Assembly (NCBI GenBank): GCA_002633005.1
Contig: NMRA01000209.1
Span: forward strand, 62,001-126,000
Source of the DNA: Phoronis australis
Lineage: Eukaryota > Animalia > Phoronida
Reading direction: 5' to 3'
DNA length: 64,000 bases
In this document: piece after piece, positions 1 to 14,622 of the stretch
How positions within the stretch are numbered: position 1 is the stretch's first letter
How the letters are laid out: each line of letters starts with the position of its first letter
Position numbers and translations under genes: made by a program
The notes under the pieces: generated by a model
The model's input: only the letters and a program-made list of their open reading frames with translations
Databases searched by the model: none
What the model was told of the DNA's origin: nothing

Positions 1-226
1 AATGCCAAACAAATTTATTGTTTTTCCGACAGCAAACATTCGTCAGCGGGCGTGAATCACATCACAAGGTCCTGGGATACGGGAGCGTCTTTTGTCAACA
101 ACAATCAACTTTCTCTCGGCAAAGTATTCATTGTTGTTCGAGATAAGCAATTACTTATAGGGAGCCATACGACGAATGTCACGATAAACGTAAAATGTTT
201 CTCCCAGTGGTGGAATGAATCATTCG

Positions 227-857
227 GGAACACCTAGGGTATTTCCGTAGCCTCAAATGATCCCTTGACGGCGTTTCTCTACGCACATGCGAACTCCATT
301 GTTAACAGCAAATGATTTGATGACGGTTAAATATCATGGCTATCAGCCTAGAAGTTTTTAGAAGTCGTACGCGACGTCAGTCACGATATTTAGTCTGCCT
401 CTTATAATAGGGGTACCTGGCAAATTCCGCGGCATTCTCCATTTTGAGGGTCACCTGACTTGCTTACGTGATTGTCTTTTTGACAGAGCCGGCAAAACAT
501 CCAAGGCCCTAGCAGCACTCGGTGAGAATTTCAGCCAAAGCATTAGGAATTTTGTCTGTGCAATGGCTTATATGATCGTGTAAGCAATGCGTGGGTCACT
601 ACAAAACACGGGTTACATTGCTTTATGTTGCTAATATTTTGAAACTTCGTTAGTACTTAAAATTTCCCGGCTTCCATAAGAGTGCTTTTGTTTATATTTC
701 TTCTCATTACCGATATGGAGGACCTCGTGGCACGCGCTGTCTGGCTTGCGAGCAGTGTCGTGTTGTCTCCATATAGCTTATTGAGGTTTGCACATGCGCA
801 TATACTGAGACGCCTCCCATGATTAATTTGAGGCTACGAAAATACCCGAGGTGTTCC
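227..857. mobile_element. Degenerate non-autonomous DNA transposon (MITE-like) with ~90 bp imperfect terminal inverted repeats
   Basis: GGAACACCTAGGGTATTTCCGTAGCCTCAAAT at 227 is the reverse complement of ATTTGAGGCTACGAAAATACCCGAGGTGTTCC ending at 857; weaker similarity continues inward. No TSD seen. Confidence 0.6.
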
Positions 858-2889
858 AGGTGTGAACAAAAATGCACTCCCAACTTGTCGCCGAGCGCGT
901 GCATTTATTAACTTTGTCTTAATGATTGTAGTTCTTTTGCTACGGGATTTCTCTATCGTGCAAGAGGACACTTGGTACTAACGGTGTAACCACGATCGCG
1001 AAATGAGTCCCAAGTCAAATCTCAAAATTTGAGTTATGATGAAGAGTATAATATAGGTTGTTTATGTTATTTGGTAAAGGCGAAGAGCACGAGTAGACTG
1101 TCTGCACGAATGCTTCAGTTGAGAGACTGGGAAAAGAGAATATTTGTTTCGGAACAAGGGACTGTTACAGCATAACAATACATGTATGTTCAAAGCCGTT
1201 GGTAAGGAAAGAACTGGGTTAGTGGGAATTGAATTTTTGTAGATTAGAAAAATACATCTCGTAAAAAGAAACGAGGAAAGGAAGTTGTTAACGAAAACGC
1301 CTGTGTGTACCGTGAGGGTGGAAGATTGTCTCCCCTGTTTACCCAATGTCATGTTACACAGTAGTCAGAAAACTGTGTTTTAGACTATCGTTGGTGTCGG
1401 AATGCCCTAATACTGCATGCATTGATAACTCTGGTAGTCAACGACTGTTACCTCTCGAAATTACCAAATATCAACAAAATGATCAAGGTTAGTTCTTATA
1501 TCCGGTGTAGATTTAATAACGTGTCCTCGTTTCAGGAAACTTTCAGGAACATCCGACAACTTATTAGACAGGAAATGTGACCACAGCCCCATTTTTGCTT
1601 ATCTTCACAAGAAAACTATCGCGCATACAAATACTTTTCAACGCTTTATGTATTTCACTATGTTAAGCCGTCATTGTTGAATTCTGAACCGAAGCGCTTT
1701 GGGGTTTTAAACAAATTATCACTCTCATCCGGTCTAAAATAATATTGGCGAATGAGCCGACATCTAAGGCAATGCGTGCCGTGGACGCCTATATTGAATC
1801 CGCATTTTTAGGGTTGGCTAGCACCAATAAACCATAAAGCATTTCCCTGAGTTGTCGATAGTGACGATGTTCTTGTTGTTCGTGGAAACGGAATCCTACC
1901 ACGGTAAAAATAGTATGAGACCGATTTCATCACGGTATAAGACAGTTTTCGTTTTTAGCCAATTAAACATGGCGAAATGCTACTCTAAATGATTAATGAC
2001 ATTTTAAACTTTGAACCATTTACAAATGGCTTTATTAGTCAGCATTTGGATTCTTAAAAATAAAAACAAGTTATCGCTAAATTTAAGTTCTCTAAGTATG
2101 GCCAGACTTTTAAATTTAAGTTTTCTTGTTCAAACATTAAAAACATACTTTTAATGATACATCTACATGTTTCCTGGAAAATGTTTTATCACAAACAAGC
2201 GAACGGTAAACTCCTCATTCGTTTGAGTTGTGATCACACGTTTCAGGCTACATGCGCAGGTGGAAATTGATGTTGGGATAATTTATCTCGAACCGCCAGG
2301 AAAGATTAATATTATTAGTTTAAAGGCATACAAGGACACCTGCCAACCGAAAGAGGCGTGGTTAAAGTCCTAGGACAGACTGGAGACCGGCTTTATGTTG
2401 TGACCAAATGACAGTGTGAATTAACCGAAAACCAGGACAACAACATTCATCTTAGTCAGGGTTCAAACATACGCCTGCAGCCTACGGGATGCGTACAAAT
2501 CAATAGCAGTTCAAAATAGCTACAACACTGCAAACTACTTGTGCCAGGACTCGGGTTGCCCGCATACGCACCAGTCAGCACAGATCGCTACATGTAGATG
2601 GGCGGAATGACCTATAAGGTTACCGTTATCCTGAATAAATAAAGGCAGTTAGCAGGGGCATTATGTGTACCAAGAAGCAATTTCCATGGTAAACCATTTC
2701 GAAATCATATCACGAAGTGTATGTCTCCGTTACATATTTACTCTTGGTATAAAGAGTGGCAAACATACTTAGTAAACTTAGTAAATTTGTTTTTAAAAGT
2801 ATCATTAATTTTGTATTGCCCTTAACGCAAAATTTTGCATTTTCCAATTATTAAAATGAAAGGATTATTTAGACCCATTTACAAAACGC

Positions 2890-3457
2890 TCGCGGGCCTT
2901 TAAACGTGCACGCGAAATCATATACGCTATCGCAATAGTCGCCGTCCGCCGTTCTCGCGAAAAATGGATTTACACCAGTGTGGAATGACGTGATTTTGCA
3001 ACTCAACAATCTTGTCGACAGACGAATGGCACGCGTCCGATCTCTAATGAATCTTTTTGTTATTTTCTTCATGTCGGTCCTGTTTATGGAATATGCGCCA
3101 GAACATAAAAATCGATAAACGGTAGCTGATTAAGCATTCGTGATAAACCCCGCATATTCACGGGACAGCTGGTGTCGTCAATTCTGATTGGTCCGTGGCT
3201 CGTGCCGCTTGTCATTGTCCTAGATCAGTGTATGATTTATATTTGTCAGACAGCACACGCTGGCCCGAGATAGCAAGATAGATAAACATACAGCACCAGG
3301 ACGGTTAAGCGAGAGGAATTGAGTTCTCAGAAATTTCTTAAATCATCCCGCTGTCGATAAATCGACTCAGTCTTCACCGATTCGCTGTTATTCAAAGCAT
3401 CTGGGATAGACACTAGCGTCCTGCAGTTCACCACGCGAAAACATACAGCGTTTGGAA
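2890..3457 (+). promoter_or_regulatory. Probable promoter/5'UTR of the NOL4-like gene
   Basis: CpG-rich stretch directly upstream of the ATG at 3458, with an inverted CCAAT (GATTGG ~3186) and a CRE-like TGACGTGA (~2986). TSS not determinable. Confidence 0.45.
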
Positions 3458-3730
3458 ATGGAAACTTCACAGGCAGATGGATCGAGTGGGCATGACTTGG
3501 ATAAAGATTCCGAGCAGTATCAGGCCTTCAAAAAGTGGGCATTACAGAATTATGGTGATTCAGGGAAAACAAAGACTGTCACACGCAAAAAGTACAACCG
3601 GATTGTCAAAACGCTACTTGAATCGGATGAAAATGCGTCCGCAGAAAATCAAAAGTTTCGATTTTGGGTTAAAGCCAAGGGATTTGTTCTGGGAGAAGCA
3701 AACTTGCTGTACATCCCAACTAAGCTGTCG
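3458..3730 (+). CDS. NOL4: NOL4/NOL4L-family protein, coding exon 1
   Basis: METSQ...FKKWALQNYGDSGKTKTVTRKKYNRIV...KFRFWVKAKGF matches the NOL4 N-terminus; donor TCG|GTAAGT; 273 nt, phase 0. Confidence 0.92.
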
Positions 3731-6700
3731 GTAAGTTATTCTATATTGTATCGAAACCTTCAAGACTCGTTGAGCGGAGTTTAATGCATAATTAATATTT
3801 GTTTGTGGTAATATGTTATTCATATGGGTTGAGTTGTCGATAATTATTAAACAAGTCAGTTGTTGGTGAAATCAACAGTTCATGCTCAACTTGAAAGCTA
3901 AATGTTCTGAATCATTTTTGTTCGTCATGGGATATTTCATGACTACAAATAGTGCATGGTCTTCAGGCGTGACGTAATTCAATGCATCCTGTTGCAGTGT
4001 ACTGTAATCCTTATCATTTTCATCATGTCCGAACAAAATGAAGCTTAATCCGCTAACGCTGATATTAGTGGCACCACGACCCAGCCTATGCCCTCATAAC
4101 TATATTTAGTCATCCTGGACGCTATTTACACGTATCCTCCGCGCACATCTGTCCCGTATAGTTTTAAAGCATATGGTAAAACTATACTCGTCTGCTGTTG
4201 AATTTGGCAAAGTGTAGACTATCAGAAATCGACCGAAAGGTCATCCTTCACTGGCAAGGAAACGCTCAACTCTGTTTCCTGGGGGCAGTAAATAAGCATA
4301 CATCATTGAAGTTTGTGGGTAAATCTGATTGAATCCGAATGCTAAATAAAAGCGCCTTTAATGTGACATATGTCGACGAAGTAAAAAACACTATGTCATG
4401 CAGGCAAGCTGATAGAATATCGGGAAGCTTGTTATGTTTTAATTACATACCTTTGATGACACACATGACGTCAGTAAGAAATTTTGCATCAAGGTGTGAT
4501 AATTACATGTGTGTTTATGATCTTGAAATTTTCGCCCCACTATTGCAAAAATTTAACGGAATATATTTAAAACTCAAGGGTTATTTGTTCATTGAAGGCG
4601 AATGCTCAGTTAAACCACTGGTTGGCGAATATCGTTGGGTTTCCTTCGTGAATTAACCTGACAAATGCTCTGAAGCCTTTTCTCAAACGTGTTCAAGGAA
4701 TGGCGAACATTCTATCACCGTCCCATAAAAACCTTTACGAAGTGTCGGCTTTGTCAATGAGATTTGTAATCAGTGGGAACCTATCATTCCAAACACTTAC
4801 ATTCTCGTCGCAAGATGGGCAATATTGATTTTGCTTGACACGGAAAATGTCCCGAATGAAATTTACTGAGATTTTGCAGACAATGAAGCTCGGTAAGTTT
4901 CATCGATCGATAACTAGCTGCGGATGGCCTTTGTGTTTGGTCTGCTCTGGGATACACGCCAGTCAATATGGAGGCGTGTACAACTCGATCCATGTACGAC
5001 AAAACGAGGCAACATAAATTAAAGAAGAATTGTTATCGCTGTTTTGTGTGTGTCGCAGAGTTTTTTCCACTGAAATGTGTCGAACAATTAACTCGAATGT
5101 TTGTTTTATGACTCTGGCTCAAAACGTCGTCACCGCTACCGGCATTATCACTGGTGTTCTGGCATATGCATAGAGCCACACTGCTCAGGAATTAGTCACG
5201 TGTTGGGGAACTGAGCACCACATAGTCATGTACTTTACATTGGGTGTCTTCCTCATAGATAGTCTAGTTTAGCAGATTCATATGACATTTGGGAAACATT
5301 GTGTTTTCGTACTGGCCCACGAAACAATTAATCGGGGAAATACAACACTTTTCTTGTCGCTTCATGCTCCTTGTAGAGCCCCCCGTTGACCCTTTCCATT
5401 TTTCAAACTCAAAACGTGGCGACATTCTATTTGGTCTGTCATGTTATGACCTCTGACCTTTGTGTTTACATGAACATGTTCTGTACTTGCACAAGCTTGT
5501 ATTTGCTTTTCAGATTGTTAATTCTTTCTCAAATGTTTATGTTAGTAAGAAACTCTTGTAATATTACACCAAAGTGTCATTCTTTATTCCATATTTCCCA
5601 ACCCGAAAGTAATGCTGTTGGATTTCTTTTAAAAAACATTCTCTTTTCTATGCATCAAATTTGCGAGAACACGTAATTGAGTATCCGAGCAATTTTCACA
5701 GAAGTTTAACACAGGAAATTTTCCCTGTCCTAGAACGCATCTGAAGCGGTCCAATCAGTGGCATTTGTGTTTATGAAATAACGCTTTGATATCGTCAGAG
5801 GAGCAACTTGTAAATTAGTGTAAACTGAAGATGTTGCCCTTTCCACTGGCGAAACGCAGATGGAATGTTCAGCGCCTAGTATTTTCGGCGGGACCATACT
5901 CGTTACCTATTTTGGTCGGGCGTTCAACGCTCTGGCTTCGCGTTCTCGGGAGCGGTTGTTGAATTTAAAACCAGGTATATCGCATCGCTAGCAGTGAACT
6001 CCGTTTAATCTTTATTTCACGTTTTTGCAATTCTTTGAATTGTGCTGGCAGCCCCTTGTTGATAACCCAGTGGTCGGTGCACCTGCCGCGTTAGACGATC
6101 CTGTAAACAACCGCCATTAGGAACTGTTATGTTTGTCGACTAGACGTCCCATGGTACTTCCAGTCACAAGATCGTTTCCATTAAGTGCGATTGCTTGTAA
6201 AACAGCCGTTTTTCTGAACCTCGTTAATAAATTCAGGTGCGACAAGGCGCGGCAATTTGAATTTTAACACAACAAAGAAACAGATTCTTGAGTTCATTTC
6301 CCTTTCGGTTCCAGATTGCTTAGAGAACTTCTGACATATATTATGTAAAACAACTTCCTTTGTCACACTGTCAAAGATTGGGGACGATGTTGGAATCATG
6401 TACTTGATTCAATGCGGTGACAATTCTTGAAATCGAGAAATATGTTTACAGCCTGTAACCACTGCAACGAACAATTAATATGCTAAGTGTTCTCGCGTAA
6501 AAATCGCTAATGATATGGTGAACATCAGTAAAAGACCGGTTTCATGTCGTGCAAACATTCCTTTGGGATGCTACGGCTAAATGTTCGCCTACGTAGGACC
6601 TTATGAACATGTCTGTAGCCGAATATCTACAAAGCTTTTGAATTCAAATCCGTTAAATTGTATATTTTCTGAATGTAGGAACCCTGTAAAATTTGATTTT

Positions 6701-9700
6701 TACCAGTCTTTTAAATAAAATTTAGCAAAACATTGGAATCAATAACACGGCCAAGTTTCATTTGATAAAAATGCTCAAATGAATATTCAAAACACTGTAA
6801 CAGTTTTCTAAATTAGCATTTCGTATTCGTTTCATGCAACGTTTCCATTTTGTCATTAAATTCTATTTTTGAACAGTCTATCGTGAATAAGTAGAACAAT
6901 TTAATTTGAAAACAACTCTTTGTAGCGTTTCACAGAACAGTGCCCGAAGCGTACTATCTGAACATTTCATATGAAACAGCCATTTATGAGATATGATGTT
7001 CCGAAGTTAGCTAAATTTGACATTTTTCTTTGGTCCTATATAACTATAAAGGAAATTTCTGTTTATCCGAATTTAAGACTACTCTAGTAATTACCCAACT
7101 CATTGTCAACAAGGTTGTTTTTTACTATTTATTTACGCCGTACGATATTGAGTATCTTTTGCTCACTCTGATTAGTTAGCCACCGCCAAAGTTTAAAGGG
7201 TCTCAGAGGCTTTAATTGTTTTCTCTTTCAATCATTTCCAGCACTGCACTTAAAAGATGTTTCAAAATCGTATTGGGCATGTTCTACTATATTATTGAAA
7301 GCGAGTTCGTGTGAAGATAAATCACTAAGTGCCGCATCGAAACAATATTACCTTCAGTCACCATGTTTCCATGGCAACAAACTTTGGTTATCTGATCATG
7401 ACGCTGTCGCTGCAGGCGGTGTATTGCTCAAATGCGTGTCACCACTGTCTGCAGTACATGTGCGCGCCCTTAGACTTCCAGATGTGGTCCTTTTGTTTGG
7501 AAACACCAGTCTGGGTTACATGTACATATTGAGACGTGTCTACGAGAAATTTTGTAGGAATCCGTTTCATGTAAGACCAGAAGAATTATTCACAAACTCT
7601 TTGCAAAGTTTTATTTGATTGGCATTTAATGTTTGCTAATTTTGCAAAAAAAAACATTCAACGTTTCACGCATTACAAAAGCTGTCGTGGCCACTGTATG
7701 AATACGTATGCCCAGTCATAACGATCCTACGTGTATTGGTGGAGCAGCCGAGCTCAACACTCACGTGACGATTTCCAACTAAATCCATCCGTAATGCCAA
7801 GGGGAAATATGCTGTGTGCGCGAATATCAAGGTATGCAGTTGGTTCAGAACCTTGGACTTAGGGACGTTTTGCGATTTATCACGCCATGCGCGGAGTGGA
7901 GAAACCGTTCGTCTCGGTGCTCTTCTCTTTGTCTCCAATAACAGTCAGTTATTCAGATCTGCGTAGTCCACGTTTACGAGGAATCTCGCCAAGAGGGTGG
8001 ACATGAAATAATCGATTTGCTTGGCGTTGTTTGTTTACAGTTCATCTCTCTAACAACAGTATGCAATGACTTCCTCACTAGATAGCCTAGGACGTATTCG
8101 CAGACCGACACGAGAAGGGAAACATGTTCTGAGAGACCGACTTATCGATTATGGCACGATTGTTCAATAAGTGATGGTGGTTTGTTTTGCATTTAGTGAT
8201 GAGTTTTCTGATACGTTAGTTCATCTTCATTATGTCTCATTCAATATTTTTAAAACTTGTGTGAGGGAACATTCAATTCAAGAAACACTACGTTCTTCAA
8301 TATGAAATGATTTCTCCTGAGTCAGTTCATGTTGCTATCAATAGATGTCGCCACCACATCCATGCGACGCAACACATCACTGGACATGGCGCTATTCTTC
8401 CACTCTGTCAAAAACTCGAAACTCTATGAATAAATTAAAATTTGTGAGCTATTTCATCTCAAAAGTGCTACAAATTACCCCAGAAATTTTATTCTGTCTT
8501 TGGCCATTTCAGTTCGACCGTCACTGGACTAGTTTATTCTGCACTCTAAAAATTTTGCGCCCCAGTTTATAAAGGGGTTCATTGCAGTTTTGGTTTAATT
8601 TTTTTCAAAAATTGTTAATATTGTGCATTTTTGTCTTTGCCTACAACAATTGTGCATAAAGATGTGGGAACACCGGCTTAGTTTTTCCGTTACAATCATC
8701 TTAAGAAAGGCACGTCCCGCAAAATTGGGAAATTAACACTGATTACTGAAAAGCTACTTCAGATTAAATTGACAATTCAAATCGTTTTGAAAACGGATTA
8801 ATTTCGTTTGACGATGCCCGTTTGATGTTTCAGAGGCTTTGTGCATATTCCCTGGTTTACTAATTTGCTTACATCAGCCTAAGTAAACTTCTTTTTTTTG
8901 ATTTTCAGCACTTCAAGTTATAGGATTTTCGCTTCTACACAAACAGTTAAAATATTGATTTTTCTATTACGTTATGTTTTAATTTGATGTCCATAGTGTT
9001 TTCTACGAATTAAAAGGAAAAACAGGGGGCCACAAATTTCGCTTTTTAATTATTTGGTTACTCGTTTTCGTAAAACAGATACCGCTTTGAGGATTTTTGG
9101 CAAACTGTTTCGAACCCTTTGAAATCAGTGTCATTTAACGATTCCATCTTTGATTTTACACCCAGTTAAGTGTACGCCTCACTTATGCCTAACAGCCTAA
9201 GGCTTCCCTTTTCCCATTTACTTTGTTTTTTCCTGGCTTGGAACCGGTTGTTTCTTTTGTATTTAAGTCTGGCGTCATAGATTTGAAAAAAATAACGAGT
9301 CAAAGTTAAAATGACCGGAAAATACACGCCTTCATTTGAAACAAAACCAATACAATGATATTCTTGTAAGAATAAACCGTCACATAATAAAAATACCATA
9401 TCTAATGGTAAAGTTAGATTAGGAAAGCTAACATGCGAGTTAACGGTTTGTTGCTATGGGTGACGTTGAGTGTTTCCGTTTCCAACCATCAAAAACGTGG
9501 TAGTATTAATTCTTAAACTAATGACACGCGAAGGAAGGCCTTTTATGGATTGTGCGTGTTTCCCGGGAAAATCTTCACGGTTTACCGATGGCCGCAGGGG
9601 AGATGTAAATTATTCTGAAACTATTTCCAGTCGAGAATAAATCCAATAAGAGCTCAACCATGTGCTTGCCACATGGAAAAAGTACTACACCTTTTCTACG

Positions 9701-9915
9701 GAATATGAATTGTATGAATTTCAATCTTAACGGGAGGGTGTTCATAAGAGTTCGCTTATTTTATCTCAAATGGAAGGCCTACAGCATTCTTGTTAAGTGC
9801 TATGCCCTTAATTTGTCCATTGTAACAGGCCTTTTCCCAATACATGTACATCGCCTCACGTATTCGAAGTCAGTTTTTGTACTTCGATCTCGACTCAGTG
9901 TTGTTCTTGTTGCAG

Positions 9916-10059
9916 ACATCCCCGCAAGGTGGCGCTGACGAAAAAGATTACAAGCGAGTTGCAGTTGTCGAAGATTTCTTTGACATTATTTATGGAGTCC
10001 ACGTTGAAATGGAGGGTAGAGGAGGCAAGCATGCCGGTCAAAAACGAACATATAGAGCG
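9916..10059 (+). CDS. NOL4: NOL4-like exon 2
   Basis: Acceptor TTGCAG|, donor GCG|GTGAGT; encodes KRVAVVEDFFDIIYGVHVEMEGRGGKHAGQKRTYRA; 144 nt. Confidence 0.93.
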
Positions 10060-10621
10060 GTGAGTTGGAAGTCATTGACTGACGCGGTATCCAGAGGCAA
10101 TTATGAATAGGAAAGTGGTTTGCAGTTGTATTGAGGCGAGCTGGATCACAACAGATGCAAAGTGTGTGTTTGCAATCGCATTCTTTGTGGACGCAATGCT
10201 TTCGTGCCTCATCATCAGTGAATGCTAAATTCTCTGGTATAACTCGGGAAAATCAGATTGAAAAGTTCCTACTGGTGAATGAACTAAAGGCTGGGGATTG
10301 AAACTGATAGAGATGTGAGATTTTTTTCTCTTTTAGAAGTTATGCAGCATGGTGTGATTCAGTTTTAACAGACGTGTGTGAAACATAAGCCAAATGACAA
10401 CGCTTTTACAACAAATAAGTGTCATTTCCTTACAATATGTAGCAAATTTGTTTTCGTATCATAATTGAATTTTATCTCAGTAATATCCGATTTCTGTGTA
10501 CCAGTAGCACAGATTAAATCTATGCCAGTAGTTTAAGGAAACGAGAGAGAGAGCGTGTGAGCAATGTTGCAAGTTATTTCCATGCGCGGACAAATACGAA
10601 TAATCTTGTTTTCATTTTTAG

Positions 10622-10873
10622 ATTGCCGAGACGTATGCATTCCTACCCCGCGAGGCGGTGACACGTTTCCTCATGTCTTGCGCAGATTGCCAGCGGCGGA
10701 TGCACGGCGGACAGGGAGGCAACAACAACGAGAATAACAACACGGTGCAGTCAAGCCACCCAAATATCGACTTTAGTATGCCAATAACCACTACGTATCT
10801 GAACCATATCAGAAACCGCGGCCTCCTCTGCAACACCGTTGATCCGGACTTTGCCTTTGATCCAAAATACGGG
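10622..10873 (+). CDS. NOL4: NOL4-like exon 3
   Basis: Acceptor TTTTTAG|, donor GGG|GTATGT; encodes IAETYAFLPREAVTRFLMSCADCQRRMH...IDFSMPITTTYL; 252 nt. Confidence 0.92.
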
Positions 10874-13559
10874 GTATGTTATTTCTTCTTTCGTGTGAAC
10901 GTGCGTGTATTTATGCCCATGCGCCTGTAGGTGTAACTGCGCCTTATCAGGAATTACTTGCATGCTAGAGTAAAGCCAAGGAGCAAAGTGCTGAAATAAC
11001 GTGTGAGTGAACATTGGCTTGTTCAGTTAATACACAAAGCTTGTTTCTCGATAGTATTAACGATTTAATGAACAGTACTGGGAGTTGACAAAAGACACAT
11101 GAAAAACACTCGGCACACGTACAAGGGGTGGTCACCTGCACCTACATGTTTATGTGGAAATATTAGGCGTATGCGTCTATTTACGATACACTATAGGCAA
11201 TTTTTATATAAAACTACCTATCACGTACGCGCATATACAAGTACATGTAGGGTAGTTTAATTTAAACTACATGCCTCGCTAAGTTACGAAGCATTTTATA
11301 TAGCAATGGCAATCTCATATTCTTTATTGAATACGATTTTAAGATGTATGCTTTTAGCTTCAAGTTAAAAACTTCATCAAACGAGATGTAACACTTTACT
11401 CAAAACGTTTTTCGAGATCAATACTCTTGCAACATAAACTGCTTTGAGTTGAACTTTCGACTTTCCACTGATACCCTAAAATACCCCCAAAAAGAACTTG
11501 TTGAGCGAATGACAAATAACTTTATTTCCATGAAAGTAGAAAACGATAGGAAAACGCAAATAAACAGATGTGTCATTTATTCAAGGAATGTCTTTCGATT
11601 GATGAATCGCATTTTGAGAATTTAAAGACGAAGACGAAGAAAAAAATCTTGAAAGGATCAAAACTATCTAATTTCCATTAAATATTGATCATCGAATTGT
11701 ATCGCAATAATGTTTGATGCAGTGTTGTTTGATGGAGTTTCAGTGAGCGGAATTTCCCTGCAATTAACCAGAGCCCTCTGAAAATTATTTTCAAAACTAG
11801 AAACTCATTCTGCCGCTCACTGGTATCAGCGCATGCGCCTGAGGAGACTGGTTGCAGCAGCGATTTTAAGCTCCGGACTTCCCTGTCACCACTCCGCCAC
11901 TGGTTTGTTGCTTAATTGGAGGACTTTTGGTGGACGAACACTTGGCTGAGTTCCATAGACGCAAGAATATAGCAACGTAGCATAGGAAGCTAGTGTGATC
12001 ACGTGCTTTTCCGGCTACAATGCACTCGGCACGTTCTACTGCTGCATTACAAAACTCGAAATAGTTCCAAATGGCGAATTATTTTCGATAGTTAGAGATT
12101 CGAACAGCAAACAACATAATGCAACCTGGTCCCATGAAACCGTCTCACTGTCCACTAGTATGATGCATACTATTGTAGTTAGCACATTTACAATGGTGGC
12201 GAGAAACTGTGATAAGCTGAATGCTGCTTCGTTTGATATCCGAAAAAGTGAGTTTCGGACCATACTTGTACATGTATGAATCGACCATAGGCTAGAAACG
12301 TGGTTTTCGGTAAACCAGCGATGATAGCGTTTTAACTCCAGTCCCTTTACTCACATTTCTTCAGTATAAGCAAAAAGGAAATATGAATTAAACCACTGAA
12401 GGTCATAAATGATGGTCTCTTACACAATATTCCTTAGGCTACCATGATAAAACATTTCCGTCACCAACAAGAACATTCGAAAACTTCAAAGTGAGAAAAA
12501 TGCTTGAAAAGAGACCCTAACATTGCGAATTCAAAACCGGCACATAAGCATTACTTGTGACTTGATTTCCCGCTGATTCGACAAGAATTCGGGATCGAAT
12601 GAGCGTGGTAATGTTTTGAAACACCAACAGCTAAACAGCGGCGAAATGCCCTTTTAAAACCAGAAATTCTCGGTAGACAAGAATTGAACATTTGACCTCA
12701 ACAGGTCACGCTGATTCCTCTGCGCGTGCACGTTTTTAGCCTACTCGACTCTGTAGTCTTGTGTCAAACTGGTGGTAGGACTAGCTCGCTCGACTTCAAA
12801 GTTAGAGGTTGGTACTTATATCGTAGACGTAGTTTGTGACACTTCACAATTTTATGAAATACACTGTTGTACTTCACTTTTCCCCTAAAAACGTTGATCG
12901 GTATCCCTTAATACTCGTGCAATGCTCGCATATACCCGGATGAATGTTGTCAAAAAATATTGGCCAAAGTTAATACTGCGTCCAATTTCCGTATTTTTCT
13001 ACCACGTGTTTTTAAACAACAAGGAGTATTCCTTTAGCGAAAACCACTGTTCACTGGAACCTGCTAGATTTTTGTGTGATGCCTTCGCTTGTCAAGTCGA
13101 GTGTTGTGCTTATACAAAGACATGTATAAATATAACGCAAGGAAGCAAAAATTCGCGACGTTAACTTCACGTGCCCATCGCGTGTAACGCGTGTTCATAC
13201 TTTTAGGGGTGTAAAACGCTGTCCTCTAGGTACATTGCTTTAAAATATACTGTCAAGAAATGATTGAAGTTGCATCAGGAATGAGTCTTCGTAATGTATA
13301 CAGGCACCTTAGTTATCAAAGATGTTTGGTGAGTTCTCTGTTCATTCGTCACTCCAAAACGACCACCTTTTTAGAGCAGGCAAATCGAAATTCGAATCTA
13401 AGTGTTGTCGTTCTGACCTTAGTATCTCATAGGCGGTTCTAAACATTTTTAATAAGTTTTCAACAATCGAAAATGGTTTTATGGCAATGAATTACTCAAT
13501 TTTGCCGTGATTTACCACTACATGCAAATGAGAGCTCGCGTAACTACTAAGAATTGCAA

Positions 13560-14170
13560 ATTAAAAGCTATATTTCGCACTGTTTAGCTGGCTAGAAACG
13601 AAAATCGAATTAGGCGTTTTACTCTCATCAAATTCATTTCTTAACATGCCTTGCCGTGATAAGAATCTACTTCCCATGCCAACATGAACATGGACGTAAT
13701 CAACTATTTACAAAAACGCTTCAGAGTTTACCGAGGCTGGACAACTCGAAAATTGCAAATCCGAAAATGGCACATGTACGCACTGCACGTGACTTGAGTT
13801 TCCTGCTCATTTCGGCACCAGTTCTAGATGTGATAATGGTAATGCTTTTAAAACCCAAAGGTTTCGGTTAATAATTCAACATTAACAGATAAACAGCGGC
13901 AAAATGGAGCTTTAACAATTAATTTCTTTATGAAGTCTTAAACTTATCCAATACAATCATATCTACTCCTCGCAGAATATGGAAGAATTAATCAGAAACT
14001 ACTATCTTGCCTTGATTTTTTACTGAACGACTTTCATGTAAAGTGCATTTCAGTGTCATCCAAGTGCGCCGGCCACTTTGTTCGAGAAATAAACTTAGAA
14101 ATTGCCTACAAATACAAATAAATTTAAACAAGGATATCATGTTGAAGGAGCATCATTTCATGAAATTTGC
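13560..14170 (+). repeat. Old dispersed repeat; related pieces at ~46358-46470 and ~47940-48180
   Basis: Shared blocks GTTTAGYTGGCTARAAACRAAAATCGAA...AATGGCRCATGT (13581/47954) and TTCAGYGTCATYCARGTGCGCCGGYCACT...GAGCATCA (14049/46358). Boundaries approximate. Confidence 0.6.
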
Positions 14171-14504
14171 TTTGGGTCGATTTGAATGTTTCAGTTCTAT
14201 GAAGTTTTTATATAAAATGAAATTAAAATAGTATCTAAAAAGTATTTATGTTTTGCCGTGATATGTGTTCTAAACGAAATCGAGGGCATTTGAGATTGCT
14301 CAAAATAGTTTTAAGCAAAATGCAATTATGCTCAATGGTGCAAACGGATGTCGTGTTACTCCTTGAACTTTTTTGGCGACTTCCTCCCCCCACCCGCTCT
14401 TCGGGGCGTTTTTTTCCATTTTCAGGTAGACATGTACATCTATAATTAAGACGTGTCCATTAAAAATAAACGCGTTTACAATGAATTTCATTTCAGGAAA
14501 AAGA

Positions 14505-14622
<118 letters not shown>

